Source of the DNA: a virus
Strand: one strand, 5' to 3'
Virus record (IMG/VR): IMGVR_UViG_3300027851_000016
Coordinates: 1 to 64,000 of that record
Length of the DNA: 64,000 nucleotides
Shown here: positions 18,986 to 27,682 of the stretch, one piece after another
How the letters are laid out: every line of letters begins with the position of its first letter
How positions within the stretch are numbered: the first letter of the stretch is position 1
The notes under the pieces: model-generated
Databases searched by the model: none
The model's input: only the letters and a program-made list of their open reading frames with translations
Told to the model about the DNA's origin: nothing
Position numbers and translations under genes: made by a program

Positions 18986-19442
18986 TGACTGACAAGCAGG
19001 TCTATGACCCGAACGACGTGGAGGCGTACTACGTGTGCGGCACCAAGTTGCTTGGGATGCGTGATGACGTTCCAGCAGAGTGCAGGGACTGTACGCACCT
19101 GACACGGTTGTGGCGGGTCAACCAGTTTGCTGTGCCCGTCTGTGGGATGCGAGTGCCCAGATGAGGTCACGCAGTGTTCCGATGTCGGGGATTGCAGCGA
19201 ACCCGACTACAAGCCTCAGTCCTGTCGCATACATGAAGGACAGGGTCGCATTCGAGGGTGATGCTATCGCCCTGTACGACGAGGAGGGCATCGAAATCGT
19301 CAGGTGGGTCAAGGACGAGTGGGTCGAGGACCCTGACGTTGTGCTCTCGATAGTCAACGCTGTGCGGTTGTTCTACCAAGATGGGCCGAGGGCGGTCAAG
19401 CGTGTGATTGGCCTGTGCGACGACGTAGACGAGGTGAAGTAG

Positions 19443-20579
19443 ATGGGTAGTGAGCGGCTCGACGTGATTATGAAGCAGGTGGACAAGAAGTACGGCGAGG
19501 GCACGATTATCCGTGGTAGCCAGTACCCGAAGTTGGCACGGCTCTCGACGGGTGTGTTCTCACTGGATGCGGCCATGGGTGGCGGTCTGCCACTCGGACG
19601 CGTGGTGATATTCGTCGGGAACGAGAGCACGGGTAAGACGACCGTCGCCATGAGAGCGGCGGCAACGGCTCAGCAGACCTGCAGGCACTGTGGAGACCAC
19701 CTCGGGCATGATGCGAATGGTGTGGTCGTGTGTCCGCAGTGTGGTGAGAGCGGCGAGCCGAAGCGGGTGTTCTACGCTGACATCGAGGGTACGTTCGACC
19801 CGCCATGGTTCGCGGACCTCGGTGGGGACAACGATGCTCTGTACCTGACCCAGCCCGAGTTCGCGGAGCAGGCTGCTGACATCGTGGAGGCGGTGATTCG
19901 CACGGGTGAGGTTGACCTCGTGGTCATTGACTCGATTGCGATGATGTCGCCTGCCATCGAGATTGAGAAGTCGGCGGAGGACGCGATGGTCGGGAACCAC
20001 GCCAAGTTGGTGAACCGCTTCATGCGTGCCATCCAGTCGGGGTTCAACAGCCTGGGCATGTCCAAGGCACAGAAGCCATCTGTGATTCTGGTGAACCAGA
20101 TTCGCGAGAAGATTGGTGTCATGTACGGGTCCCCCGACACGATGCCAGGGGGACGGGGCCAGGGGTTCGCGGCCAGTATCACGGTCAAGTTCTTCGCACG
20201 CCCGTCCGAGGGGATTACCGAGGGCACGGGGGACAAAGCCGTGTCCGTCGGCCAGCAGTTGCGCTTCGAGTGCGTGAAGAACAAGACGTTCCCACCGCAC
20301 AAGAAGGGCTACTTCGACCTGTACACGGAGAATGCAGCGGAGTCTGGGTGCCCGAAGGGGTACATCGACAATACGAAGAGCGTGTTCGAGTACGCCGTCA
20401 AGAAGGGCCTGGTCGAGAAGGCAGGTGCCTGGTACAGCTACACGTCCGAGACCTTCGGTGAGTTGCGGGCGCAGGGCGGTAATGCCTTTGTCACCGAACT
20501 CGATGCCCAGCCTGAGCTGTTCGCGGAGCTGGCTGCGCTGACGATGAGTACGGTGCTCGATGGCTACACGAAGGAGTAA
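19443..20579 (+). CDS. recA: RecA recombinase with Zn-ribbon insertion
   Basis: LSTGVFSLDAAMGGGLPLGR, GNESTGKTT, VVIDSIA, NQIREKIGVMYGSPDTMPGG, VKNKT, KAGAWYSY. Confidence 0.95.
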   Translation: MGSERLDVIMKQVDKKYGEGTIIRGSQYPKLARLSTGVFSLDAAMGGGLPLGRVVIFVGNESTGKTTVAMRAAATAQQTCRHCGDHLGHDANGVVVCPQCGESGEPKRVFYADIEGTFDPPWFADLGGDNDALYLTQPEFAEQAADIVEAVIRTGEVDLVVIDSIAMMSPAIEIEKSAEDAMVGNHAKLVNRFMRAIQSGFNSLGMSKAQKPSVILVNQIREKIGVMYGSPDTMPGGRGQGFAASITVKFFARPSEGITEGTGDKAVSVGQQLRFECVKNKTFPPHKKGYFDLYTENAAESGCPKGYIDNTKSVFEYAVKKGLVEKAGAWYSYTSETFGELRAQGGNAFVTELDAQPELFAELAALTMSTVLDGYTKE

Positions 20580-20973
20580 GCCCAAGCGGGAGGGTAGTCC
20601 CGTACCTGGTGCGCTTGATGCTCCAACGTCGAATAGCATCGGCAAGGCGGGTGAGAAGCGTACGCAGCGGGTACTCGGTGCTGTGCTCACGTCTGGAAGT
20701 GGGAGTGGTGCCACGAAGGGTGACCTGATGCACGGAAGGACGCGTACAGGACGGGTCACGCCCCGAGGCTACCGTCGCATGATTGAAAAGAAGACCACAG
20801 GCGCGATGAGTATGAAGCTCGACAGCAAGTGGCTGGACAAGTTGGTCGAGCAGGCGTTCGACATGGGCAAGGAGCCTGTGCTCGTAATCGAGATGGCCGA
20901 TGGGAAGCCGTGGGCGATGGTCCCCATCGAGAAGATGAAGGAGTACTGGGAGCTGGAGGACGCACATGAGTAA
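20560..20973 (+). CDS. PD-(D/E)xK nuclease, Holliday-junction-resolvase-like
   Basis: GEKR...SGSGATKGD...IEKKTT...KEPVLVIE. Confidence 0.6.
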   Translation: MATRRSKPKREGSPVPGALDAPTSNSIGKAGEKRTQRVLGAVLTSGSGSGATKGDLMHGRTRTGRVTPRGYRRMIEKKTTGAMSMKLDSKWLDKLVEQAFDMGKEPVLVIEMADGKPWAMVPIEKMKEYWELEDAHE

Positions 20974-21268
20974 GCAGCGGGTTGTCTTCAAGTACCAGCT
21001 GATGGCCATGCAGACGCAGTCGTTGCAGCTGCCCCTGGGTGCAGAACTGCTGGATGTGCAGATGCAGGATGACCACATGATGCTGTGGGTGCTGCAGGAC
21101 CCCCACGGGTACGAGACAGAGGAGCGACGTATCCACGTGATTGGGACTGGCTGGATGCTGCCCCAAGTCGGGCTGCGACATGTGGGCACGGTGCAGCAGT
21201 TCACGGGGCTTGTGTGGCATGTATTTGAGGAGGTGCAGGATGGCAGTGACCAGGCAGAAGGTTCGTGA
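20966..21268 (+). CDS. conserved small phage protein
   Basis: VFKYQL...LPLGAELLDVQ...GTG...HVGTVQ..LVWHVFE. Confidence 0.65.
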   Translation: MSKQRVVFKYQLMAMQTQSLQLPLGAELLDVQMQDDHMMLWVLQDPHGYETEERRIHVIGTGWMLPQVGLRHVGTVQQFTGLVWHVFEEVQDGSDQAEGS

Positions 21269-21460
21269 CTGGGTCGTCTACACGTACATGACGCTCCCCG
21301 TGAGTGTGAACGTCACGAAGAGTCGTGTGGACGTGGTTATACCCGCTGCTGATGTGCGGCGGTTTGGGTTGGACCTGGAGCGCATGTCGCAGACGCTGGC
21401 GGCGTTCGTAGGTCGAGACGCGGAAGTGAAGAGCACGTAGACGAGAGAAGGAGATGTGCA

Positions 21461-22546
21461 ATGGCTGAGGAGCGTTCGGTAGAGTACCTGCAGTTGATGG
21501 AGGGGTTCGACACGTCCCTGACGCGCAAGCCGCTCGGGAGTGGGGTCGCGTTGTCGGAGACTGACCTGTGGAATGACGCGTGGTCGATGCAGAACGGCAT
21601 CAAGGACCAGCATGTGCTGGCGAAGGACCTGTTCGTCAGCACGGCTGTGGACCCGCTTGGGCAGGTTGTGCCCGTCCTTGAGGTGGCGGGCAAGCCGTAC
21701 CTGTTCACCAGCACGGCGTTCGCGCAGTTGGCCGAGAAGTCGGGCGCGGGTGTCACGTCGTACCTGAAGAAGTGCATCACGAACAAGCTGACGCACCTGG
21801 TGTCACTGAACCTGAATGCGTGGCTTGCGAAGCAGGGTGACACCCCACTGATGCTCCGTCTGCACGAGGGTAGCGTCATTGCCGTGCTGTCCAGCAAGTA
21901 TGGTGTCTTCGACCACGGAGACGCGCTCGATAGCCTTGCTGACGCGCTCGACCGTTTCGACGGCGGGACGTACGACATAGAGGCGTACTCGCTGACGCTG
22001 GACAACATGAACGTCCGCCTGGTGGACACCGAAGGCGTGGTCCTCACCGACGGCAGCTACGGGCGGGACACGACGACCGCTGGCCTGATATTCCGCAACG
22101 GACAGACTGGTAGGTCGTACGCGAGTATCGAGTTCCTGCTGTTCACGTTCGCCTGCACGAACGGCCTCATCGTTTCGCAGGACCGAGGGATGGTGTACCG
22201 ACGGAGGCACATCAGCATTGGCAAGGCGGACTTCCGTGACGCGGTGCTGAACGCTCTGGAGCAGTTCCCTGGGTACGTGACAGCTGCACGAGAGAGCATT
22301 GACAAGGCACGCGAGGTACGACTCGCACCGTCGCAGAAGGACTTGCTCATGACGCAGGTGCAGCGCGACCTCGTTCTGAGCGACGAGACGGTGCAGGATG
22401 TGTTCCTGACCATGGAGAACAAGTGGGACTCGAACGCGTGGGGTCTCGCTGGTGCCATCACCGAGGTCGCCCAGCAGTTCTCGGCAGAGCGGCAGTACCA
22501 GTTCGAGAAGTATGCAGGAGAACTGATGGAGAGGCTTGCAGCCTAA
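21461..22546 (+). CDS. DUF932-like domain protein
   Basis: AVLSSKY, FRNGQTGRS, FACTNGLI, RRHI; AAGGAG RBS. Confidence 0.65.
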   Translation: MAEERSVEYLQLMEGFDTSLTRKPLGSGVALSETDLWNDAWSMQNGIKDQHVLAKDLFVSTAVDPLGQVVPVLEVAGKPYLFTSTAFAQLAEKSGAGVTSYLKKCITNKLTHLVSLNLNAWLAKQGDTPLMLRLHEGSVIAVLSSKYGVFDHGDALDSLADALDRFDGGTYDIEAYSLTLDNMNVRLVDTEGVVLTDGSYGRDTTTAGLIFRNGQTGRSYASIEFLLFTFACTNGLIVSQDRGMVYRRRHISIGKADFRDAVLNALEQFPGYVTAARESIDKAREVRLAPSQKDLLMTQVQRDLVLSDETVQDVFLTMENKWDSNAWGLAGAITEVAQQFSAERQYQFEKYAGELMERLAA

Positions 22547-22557
22547 AGGAGGTCAGG

Positions 22558-22848
22558 ATGGCACTCAGTTTTGATGTGACGCGTGAGGACCGCAAGAAGA
22601 TTGACCGTACGGTCGAACTAGGGCTGCAGCTCTGCAAGGACTATGGAGTCGCTTACAACGGGTTGGACATGGAGATGGACCTGGTGGCCTGCCATGCCAG
22701 CGGTACGCCGTTGGACTTTGACCGATTGGTAGAGTTCGATGACGGGAGTTTCGCGCATGACCTGCTCGGCATACGTAAGTACCTGGATAGGCAGACGGGC
22801 GAGTTGACAGACAACTTTCTGCCCCGCTGTGCGAAGCGGGAGGCGTGA
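22558..22848 (+). CDS. conserved phage protein (MDLVACH...FAHDLLGI...FLPR)
   Basis: AAGGAGG RBS; recognisable small phage family. Confidence 0.65.
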   Translation: MALSFDVTREDRKKIDRTVELGLQLCKDYGVAYNGLDMEMDLVACHASGTPLDFDRLVEFDDGSFAHDLLGIRKYLDRQTGELTDNFLPRCAKREA

Positions 22849-23810
22849 TGCTCAAAGACCTGATTCGCGCCCAAGAGCGGGGTGGTCTTGTCGTTCCGAT
22901 TCTGGAAGAACAAGCCCTGCTTGCAGGCAAGCTAGACTCGATGAAGCGGCGGAGGGATGTGTTCCACCCGTCAGAGGTAGCGGGAGATTCGTTCTGCCCA
23001 CGGGCATGGGTGCTGGGTGTGCGAGAGCCTGACCTGTATCAGAACAGGGAGGTGGGTGCACGGCTGCAGTGGGTGTTCGACACTGGGACGGCACTGCACT
23101 CGTTGGTGCAGGAGCGGCTTGGCGCGTCGGGTATGTTGTTTGGGCAGTGGACGTGCACGCGCTGGTGCCTCGATGAGCGATGCACATTCTTCGGGTTCAA
23201 GCCAGCATGCGAGTCGTGTCCTGGTGGTACACCGCACAAGATGAAGGTCGTGTACCAAGAGGTCCGTGTGGCGGATGAGGACCTGAACCTGGAGGGCCGT
23301 ACTGACGGTGTGTTGGTGCTGCCAAAGGGCAAGTACGGGTTCGAGTTCAAGACCATGAACAGTCGGGCGTACGCGACCCTTGCTGAGCCGATGGATGCAC
23401 ACAAGGAGCAGGCTGTCTTGTACATCGACACGTTGGAGCGTCGTGACCAGGTGTTGGTGGATGAGTTGGTCCGCAGCGGCATGCCGAAGGACCATGAGGT
23501 GTTGAAGGTGCTGCGCATGCCGTATGCGGGCACCATCATCACGTACATGAACAAGGACACGCAGGAGTTCAGGGAGTTCCTTGTTCCCGCACACACCCCG
23601 CTTCGCTTGCCGTCTGGCATCACGATACGGGGTGACGGCTGGGTCGAGGACGATGATTGGATAGCAGACAAGAAGTCCGTACTGCTGAGTACGTTGGCAC
23701 ACAGGGATGCTGGCACGCTGCCAGAGCGTTTGGATGTGTGCACGTCAAAGACCTGTACGAGGGCTAAGAAGTGCTTTGCACGCACTGCGTGCTTCGATGA
23801 GAAGGAGTGA
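22845..23810 (+). CDS. Cas4-like / PD-(D/E)xK exonuclease
   Basis: FHPSE...CPR, GTALH, GRTDG, FEFKT, QAVLY, C-terminal Cys cluster. Confidence 0.8.
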   Translation: MMLKDLIRAQERGGLVVPILEEQALLAGKLDSMKRRRDVFHPSEVAGDSFCPRAWVLGVREPDLYQNREVGARLQWVFDTGTALHSLVQERLGASGMLFGQWTCTRWCLDERCTFFGFKPACESCPGGTPHKMKVVYQEVRVADEDLNLEGRTDGVLVLPKGKYGFEFKTMNSRAYATLAEPMDAHKEQAVLYIDTLERRDQVLVDELVRSGMPKDHEVLKVLRMPYAGTIITYMNKDTQEFREFLVPAHTPLRLPSGITIRGDGWVEDDDWIADKKSVLLSTLAHRDAGTLPERLDVCTSKTCTRAKKCFARTACFDEKE

Positions 23811-24007
23811 CCATGAGCAAGGCGTTCATCCAGATTGGCAAGACCATCGTGAAGAAGCAGTCAGTTGTGTACGTGAAGCCTGCTGACATGAAGTCCCCTG
23901 ATGGTGGGGAGCAGGTCATGGTGCGCATTGCTGGGCGGCAGGCGCACCTGTACGTGCCGACGCAGCAGACCATCGAGGCAATCGAGCGGCTGCTGAACGC
24001 AGAGTAG
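23807..24007 (+). CDS. hypothetical protein
   Basis: Packed ORF with AAGGAG RBS. Confidence 0.5.
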   Translation: MTMSKAFIQIGKTIVKKQSVVYVKPADMKSPDGGEQVMVRIAGRQAHLYVPTQQTIEAIERLLNAE

Positions 24008-24020
24008 GAGGCTGGATAGC

Positions 24021-24590
24021 ATGCCACGCGAAGAAGAGAGCGCAACTCTGAAGGATGCTATGAGTTTCGTGGTCGGTCGTAAGTTTCCGCTGCCCAGGCA
24101 GTGGAGCGGTGAGGACCTGGACAAGCTGGAGTTTCCGAGTGACCTCACCAGGCTAACGTCGTCGCAGCTTGGTGAACTGCTGGGTGTGTGGGCTTCGGTC
24201 ATGGCGTACGCACAGTATGAGGCGGCACGCACGGACATCGAGCGAACGGCGCGATGGAACCGTTACGACATGGAGCGGAAGACGGTGTATCTGCAGATTG
24301 TCGCTGAGAAGGGGTTCACCGAGGAAGGTCGGAAGGCCAAGGTACATGTCAAGACGGCGGTGTTGCTCAAGCAGTACGAGCAGGCGAAGGCTGAGTACAC
24401 GCTTACGAATGCACTGCTTGGTGTGTACAGCAAGTACTACCAGGCACTGTCCCGTGAGTTGTCTCGACGTGGTCTCGATGGCAATGAGCCTGCGCCGAGC
24501 GGGGGTCCTGTGGAGGATGACCTCGTCGGTCAGGGCAAGGTCGAGACTTCTGAGAGGTTGACGAAGGAGTGGGCGAAAGATGGCTCCTGA
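24021..24590 (+). CDS. coiled-coil protein, possibly a UvsY-like recombination mediator
   Basis: AGGAGG RBS; all-helical, ending LSRELSRR; located in the recombination cluster. Function is an inference. Confidence 0.45.
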   Translation: MPREEESATLKDAMSFVVGRKFPLPRQWSGEDLDKLEFPSDLTRLTSSQLGELLGVWASVMAYAQYEAARTDIERTARWNRYDMERKTVYLQIVAEKGFTEEGRKAKVHVKTAVLLKQYEQAKAEYTLTNALLGVYSKYYQALSRELSRRGLDGNEPAPSGGPVEDDLVGQGKVETSERLTKEWAKDGS

Positions 24591-24798
24591 TGTGAAGGTC
24601 GGGCAGGTCTGGAAGTCGTGTGACTGGCGGGACACGAACAGCTTCAAGAAGGTGCTGTCTATCGACGCGGATGGCAAGGCAACTGTGATTGCATCCAACT
24701 CGAAGGGGACACGTACGTTCGCTCGTAAGTCTCGCATTCGCTTGGATAGGTTCAAGCCTGGGAGCACTGGCTACGAACTTGTGAAGGATGTGGAGTGA
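24580..24798 (+). CDS. hypothetical protein
   Basis: VKVGQVW..CD.R motif; AAGGAG RBS. Confidence 0.55.
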   Translation: MAPDVKVGQVWKSCDWRDTNSFKKVLSIDADGKATVIASNSKGTRTFARKSRIRLDRFKPGSTGYELVKDVE

Positions 24799-25001
24799 TG
24801 GAGAAGAACGCGACCATAATCGGAGCAGAAGTGACTCGGTTATTGCAGGCAGACGGGTCCACGCCCGAGCCTATTGCTATGCGAGTAACAGCACAGATGG
24901 ACCACGGTGTAGTGGTCACTGTCGAGGACACACCGTACAAGAAGGTCCGTCTCGGAGACCGTGTGGCTGTGTGGGTCCTGTACGAGGAGGAGTGACCCTG
25001 T

Positions 25002-25487
25002 ATGTTCAGAGCACCGTTGACCATGGATGCGCAGGAGTTCATGCCATGGGGTGAAGAGGGCGAGTTCTACTGTGTGCAGGGATGGATTCCGACGTACATG
25101 ATGCTGGAGGGTGTCATGGCCGCGATGGAGGACATGGATGGCATCGGCATGATTGCTGAGTCGCTGGAGTACCACACGGGCATGACCATCGTCCCATGGT
25201 TCGAGGATGATGAGGACAAGCCCGACGAGGTCTACGAGGCTGAGCTGCGAGCTGCGTTCTACGAAGTGCACGAGAAGGGTGTCGGGTATGGATGGGCGCG
25301 GTTCTGGGATGACTCGTTTGAGCACCGCCAGTGCGAAGAGAATCCGTACAGGTACCTTGAGGGTGGTGTCGAGTTGTTCCGTGAGGAGAGGCACGGGAGT
25401 CTTGTTCACAAGGGTGTTCCTGATATGCGTATCGGTTTTGGCTCTGCCCCACCGTGGGTTCGTGTTACGTTTCTGAAGGAGCACTAG
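25002..25487 (+). CDS. hypothetical acidic protein
   Basis: GAGGAGGAG RBS. Confidence 0.55.
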   Translation: MFRAPLTMDAQEFMPWGEEGEFYCVQGWIPTYMMLEGVMAAMEDMDGIGMIAESLEYHTGMTIVPWFEDDEDKPDEVYEAELRAAFYEVHEKGVGYGWARFWDDSFEHRQCEENPYRYLEGGVELFREERHGSLVHKGVPDMRIGFGSAPPWVRVTFLKEH

Positions 25488-25638
25488 ATGAATACGAACA
25501 CGCTGCTGAGGTTCTTGCGGGTGCTGGTAGTGGTGCTGTGGGAGATGGCTGCGAATGCCAACGTATACAGCAAGGTGCTCCACGGGAAGATGAACGAGCT
25601 TGAGCAGGTACTGCTTGAGCTAGAGAGCGAGGCCGAGC

Positions 25639-26166
25639 ATGGCTGATTCGACCTTTGAACCAGAAGTGAAACGAGGACTCTCGTGGCTGCAGGGGATGTG
25701 CGGCGGGAACATGCCGTCGTTAGCCGTCGAGTGCAAGAAGACGCAGAGTGCAACGCTCTCGTTCAGTGAGGTCAAGGACCACCAGATTGAGGGGCTGCTG
25801 GACTTCGAGAAGCAGGGCTTTGTCCACAAGATGGTCGTCAGCCAGGGCTTCGGGTCACAGCAACGGTTCATGACGAAGACCCCGTTCGACTTTGTGGTAG
25901 CGGGCGTTGGTCGCGGCTGGGTGCTGGTGAACTTCAGATTCACGAAGGCCGCACCGCGCAAGGACATCAAGAAGGGTACGAATCGGTGCTTTGCTGTCGG
26001 GATTCATGAGTACATCGCTGCCAAAGATGAGGCGATTGCTGCGGGCAGGGCGAGTTTGTCGTACGATTGGTTCGTTGAGAATGCAATCGAGTGCCAGCGG
26101 TTGCGAATCAAGAAGGAGAATGGCACCACTGAGAGTGCGTGGGACCTGCAGAAGTTGCTTGCGTGA
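25639..26166 (+). CDS. RecU-like resolvase/nuclease
   Basis: AVECKKT, EVKDHQIEGL and TPFDF motifs (order differs from canonical RecU). Confidence 0.55.
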   Translation: MADSTFEPEVKRGLSWLQGMCGGNMPSLAVECKKTQSATLSFSEVKDHQIEGLLDFEKQGFVHKMVVSQGFGSQQRFMTKTPFDFVVAGVGRGWVLVNFRFTKAAPRKDIKKGTNRCFAVGIHEYIAAKDEAIAAGRASLSYDWFVENAIECQRLRIKKENGTTESAWDLQKLLA

Positions 26167-26181
26167 CGATGGGAGTACTGG

Positions 26182-26475
26182 ATGTACGCAAAGACGGATG
26201 AAGCTGTGGAGTTGAAGGTGTCTGGCAAGACCACGCCACAGAAACTTGGCGGTGCCATCGCGAAGTACCTGAAGGAAGTACCGAGTGTGTATCTGACTGC
26301 GATGGGTGAGGCTGCAGTGAATGCAGCTGTGAAAGGCATCATCGTTGCACAGTCGTATCTGGCACTGGAGGCGCACGAACTCGACATCAAGTTGGGGTTC
26401 GATATGCGTAACGACGAGCAGCTGGGCAAGGAAGTGACCATCGTCGTGTTCTACGTCAAGTATGCTACTAGATGA
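26182..26475 (+). CDS. spoVS: SpoVS family protein
   Basis: LKVSGKTTPQKLGGAIA...AMGEAAVNAAVKGIIVAQSYL matches the SpoVS pattern LKVS..S.P..VAGA.A...AIGA.A.NQAVKA.A.AR. Confidence 0.85.
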   Translation: MYAKTDEAVELKVSGKTTPQKLGGAIAKYLKEVPSVYLTAMGEAAVNAAVKGIIVAQSYLALEAHELDIKLGFDMRNDEQLGKEVTIVVFYVKYATR

Positions 26476-26476
26476 C

Positions 26477-26514
26477 TTGATGAAAGTGCCGTTATACGGT
26501 ATGATGTAAGTAGG
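26477..26514 (+). promoter_or_regulatory. sigma70-type promoter, GTTAT-box family; heads the modification operon
   Basis: TTGATG-17 bp (AAAGTGCCGTTATACGG)-TATGAT followed by GTAAGTAGG. Confidence 0.75.
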
Positions 26515-26542
26515 ACACTAGACGTGGATGGTGGTGCACTAG

Positions 26543-27682
26543 ATGGCGGACCTGCTCGACTTGCTCATGGAGATGCGAAATGAAGTGCCAGACCATGTAG
26601 CATCGCAGACAGACGCGATGAAGTTTGGTTTGATGGTCAATACGTACGACCCGTTCATGGTCACGTCAGCGCTGCACAAGGAGCTGCGACGTGGCGACTT
26701 CGACCAGGCTGTGTACTGGGCGCTCGTGCTTGAGAAGCTGCGCGGGCGCTTCTTCGTTATGCGGTACGTATCGAACGTGTCGATGGAGGAGAGCCACGCA
26801 CCTGGATTGAAGACGTTCCTGGGGGAGCTGTTCATCGGGTACAAGAACACGACGTTGCTCGATGTTATGCGTGCCGTCGAAGCGTTCTGCAACTGTAGGT
26901 ACGCGAAGTACATGACAGAGGCGGAGGACTACACGTGGCAGGCTGACAGCACGATATGGGGTGGTGTGCGAGAGCATGCCAAGGAGGGTCGTAGGCTGTT
27001 CGAGCCGAAGCCTGAACTGCTAGCCAAGTGGTCGAAGAAGCTGCCGAAGACTGCCAGAGTGCCTGTGCGTGATGGGCTGTACCAGTCTGAGGAGGTCATG
27101 GCACTGCTTGAGCAGTTCATCGAGGAGAAGGATTACACGTCTGCCTTGTACATCGTGCACCTGTGCAACGTGTGGCCTGCGGTGCACAAGTACACGAAGG
27201 ACCTGCTTGTATGCTCTGACGACACCGAGGAGATGCACAGGGTTCTGAATGACAAGTTGATGAAGGAGCACTCGTTTTGGGGGTTTGACTACGAGACGCT
27301 GCTCATGCACCGCATGGATGCTGTCGGGGACATGTCTGACTGGAATGCTGGACCGACGCGCACGGATGACGAGCTGCGCGAGGTGCTGGCTGGTGTGTAT
27401 GCCGAAGTCGCAGGGAAACAGCTACGACCGATTCCGTTCTACGCAGTCGATGCGCATACGCGAGAGGGAAAGCGTGTGTGGTTGACGCAGCGCAAGCAGA
27501 TTCGACCGAATGCTCCGTGTACGGTGGCTGACCTGCGGTATGCGGCGAACTGGGTGTCGATGCTCTGGCGCAGGGAGGCATGGAAGCAGTTCGGGACGAT
27601 TCATGTTGCCTGGGAGGATGTCGTGTTGCCAGAAGACAGGTATTACAAGGCGCTCTGGAAGGGAGTGTACCCGCATGAGTAG
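26543..27682 (+). CDS. protein with RarA/MgsA C-terminal-like helical domain, no ATPase
   Basis: SALHKELRRGDFDQAVYWA resembles RarA SALHKS.RGSD..AA.YW; YAVDAHTREGK; no Walker A. Confidence 0.55.
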   Translation: MADLLDLLMEMRNEVPDHVASQTDAMKFGLMVNTYDPFMVTSALHKELRRGDFDQAVYWALVLEKLRGRFFVMRYVSNVSMEESHAPGLKTFLGELFIGYKNTTLLDVMRAVEAFCNCRYAKYMTEAEDYTWQADSTIWGGVREHAKEGRRLFEPKPELLAKWSKKLPKTARVPVRDGLYQSEEVMALLEQFIEEKDYTSALYIVHLCNVWPAVHKYTKDLLVCSDDTEEMHRVLNDKLMKEHSFWGFDYETLLMHRMDAVGDMSDWNAGPTRTDDELREVLAGVYAEVAGKQLRPIPFYAVDAHTREGKRVWLTQRKQIRPNAPCTVADLRYAANWVSMLWRREAWKQFGTIHVAWEDVVLPEDRYYKALWKGVYPHE

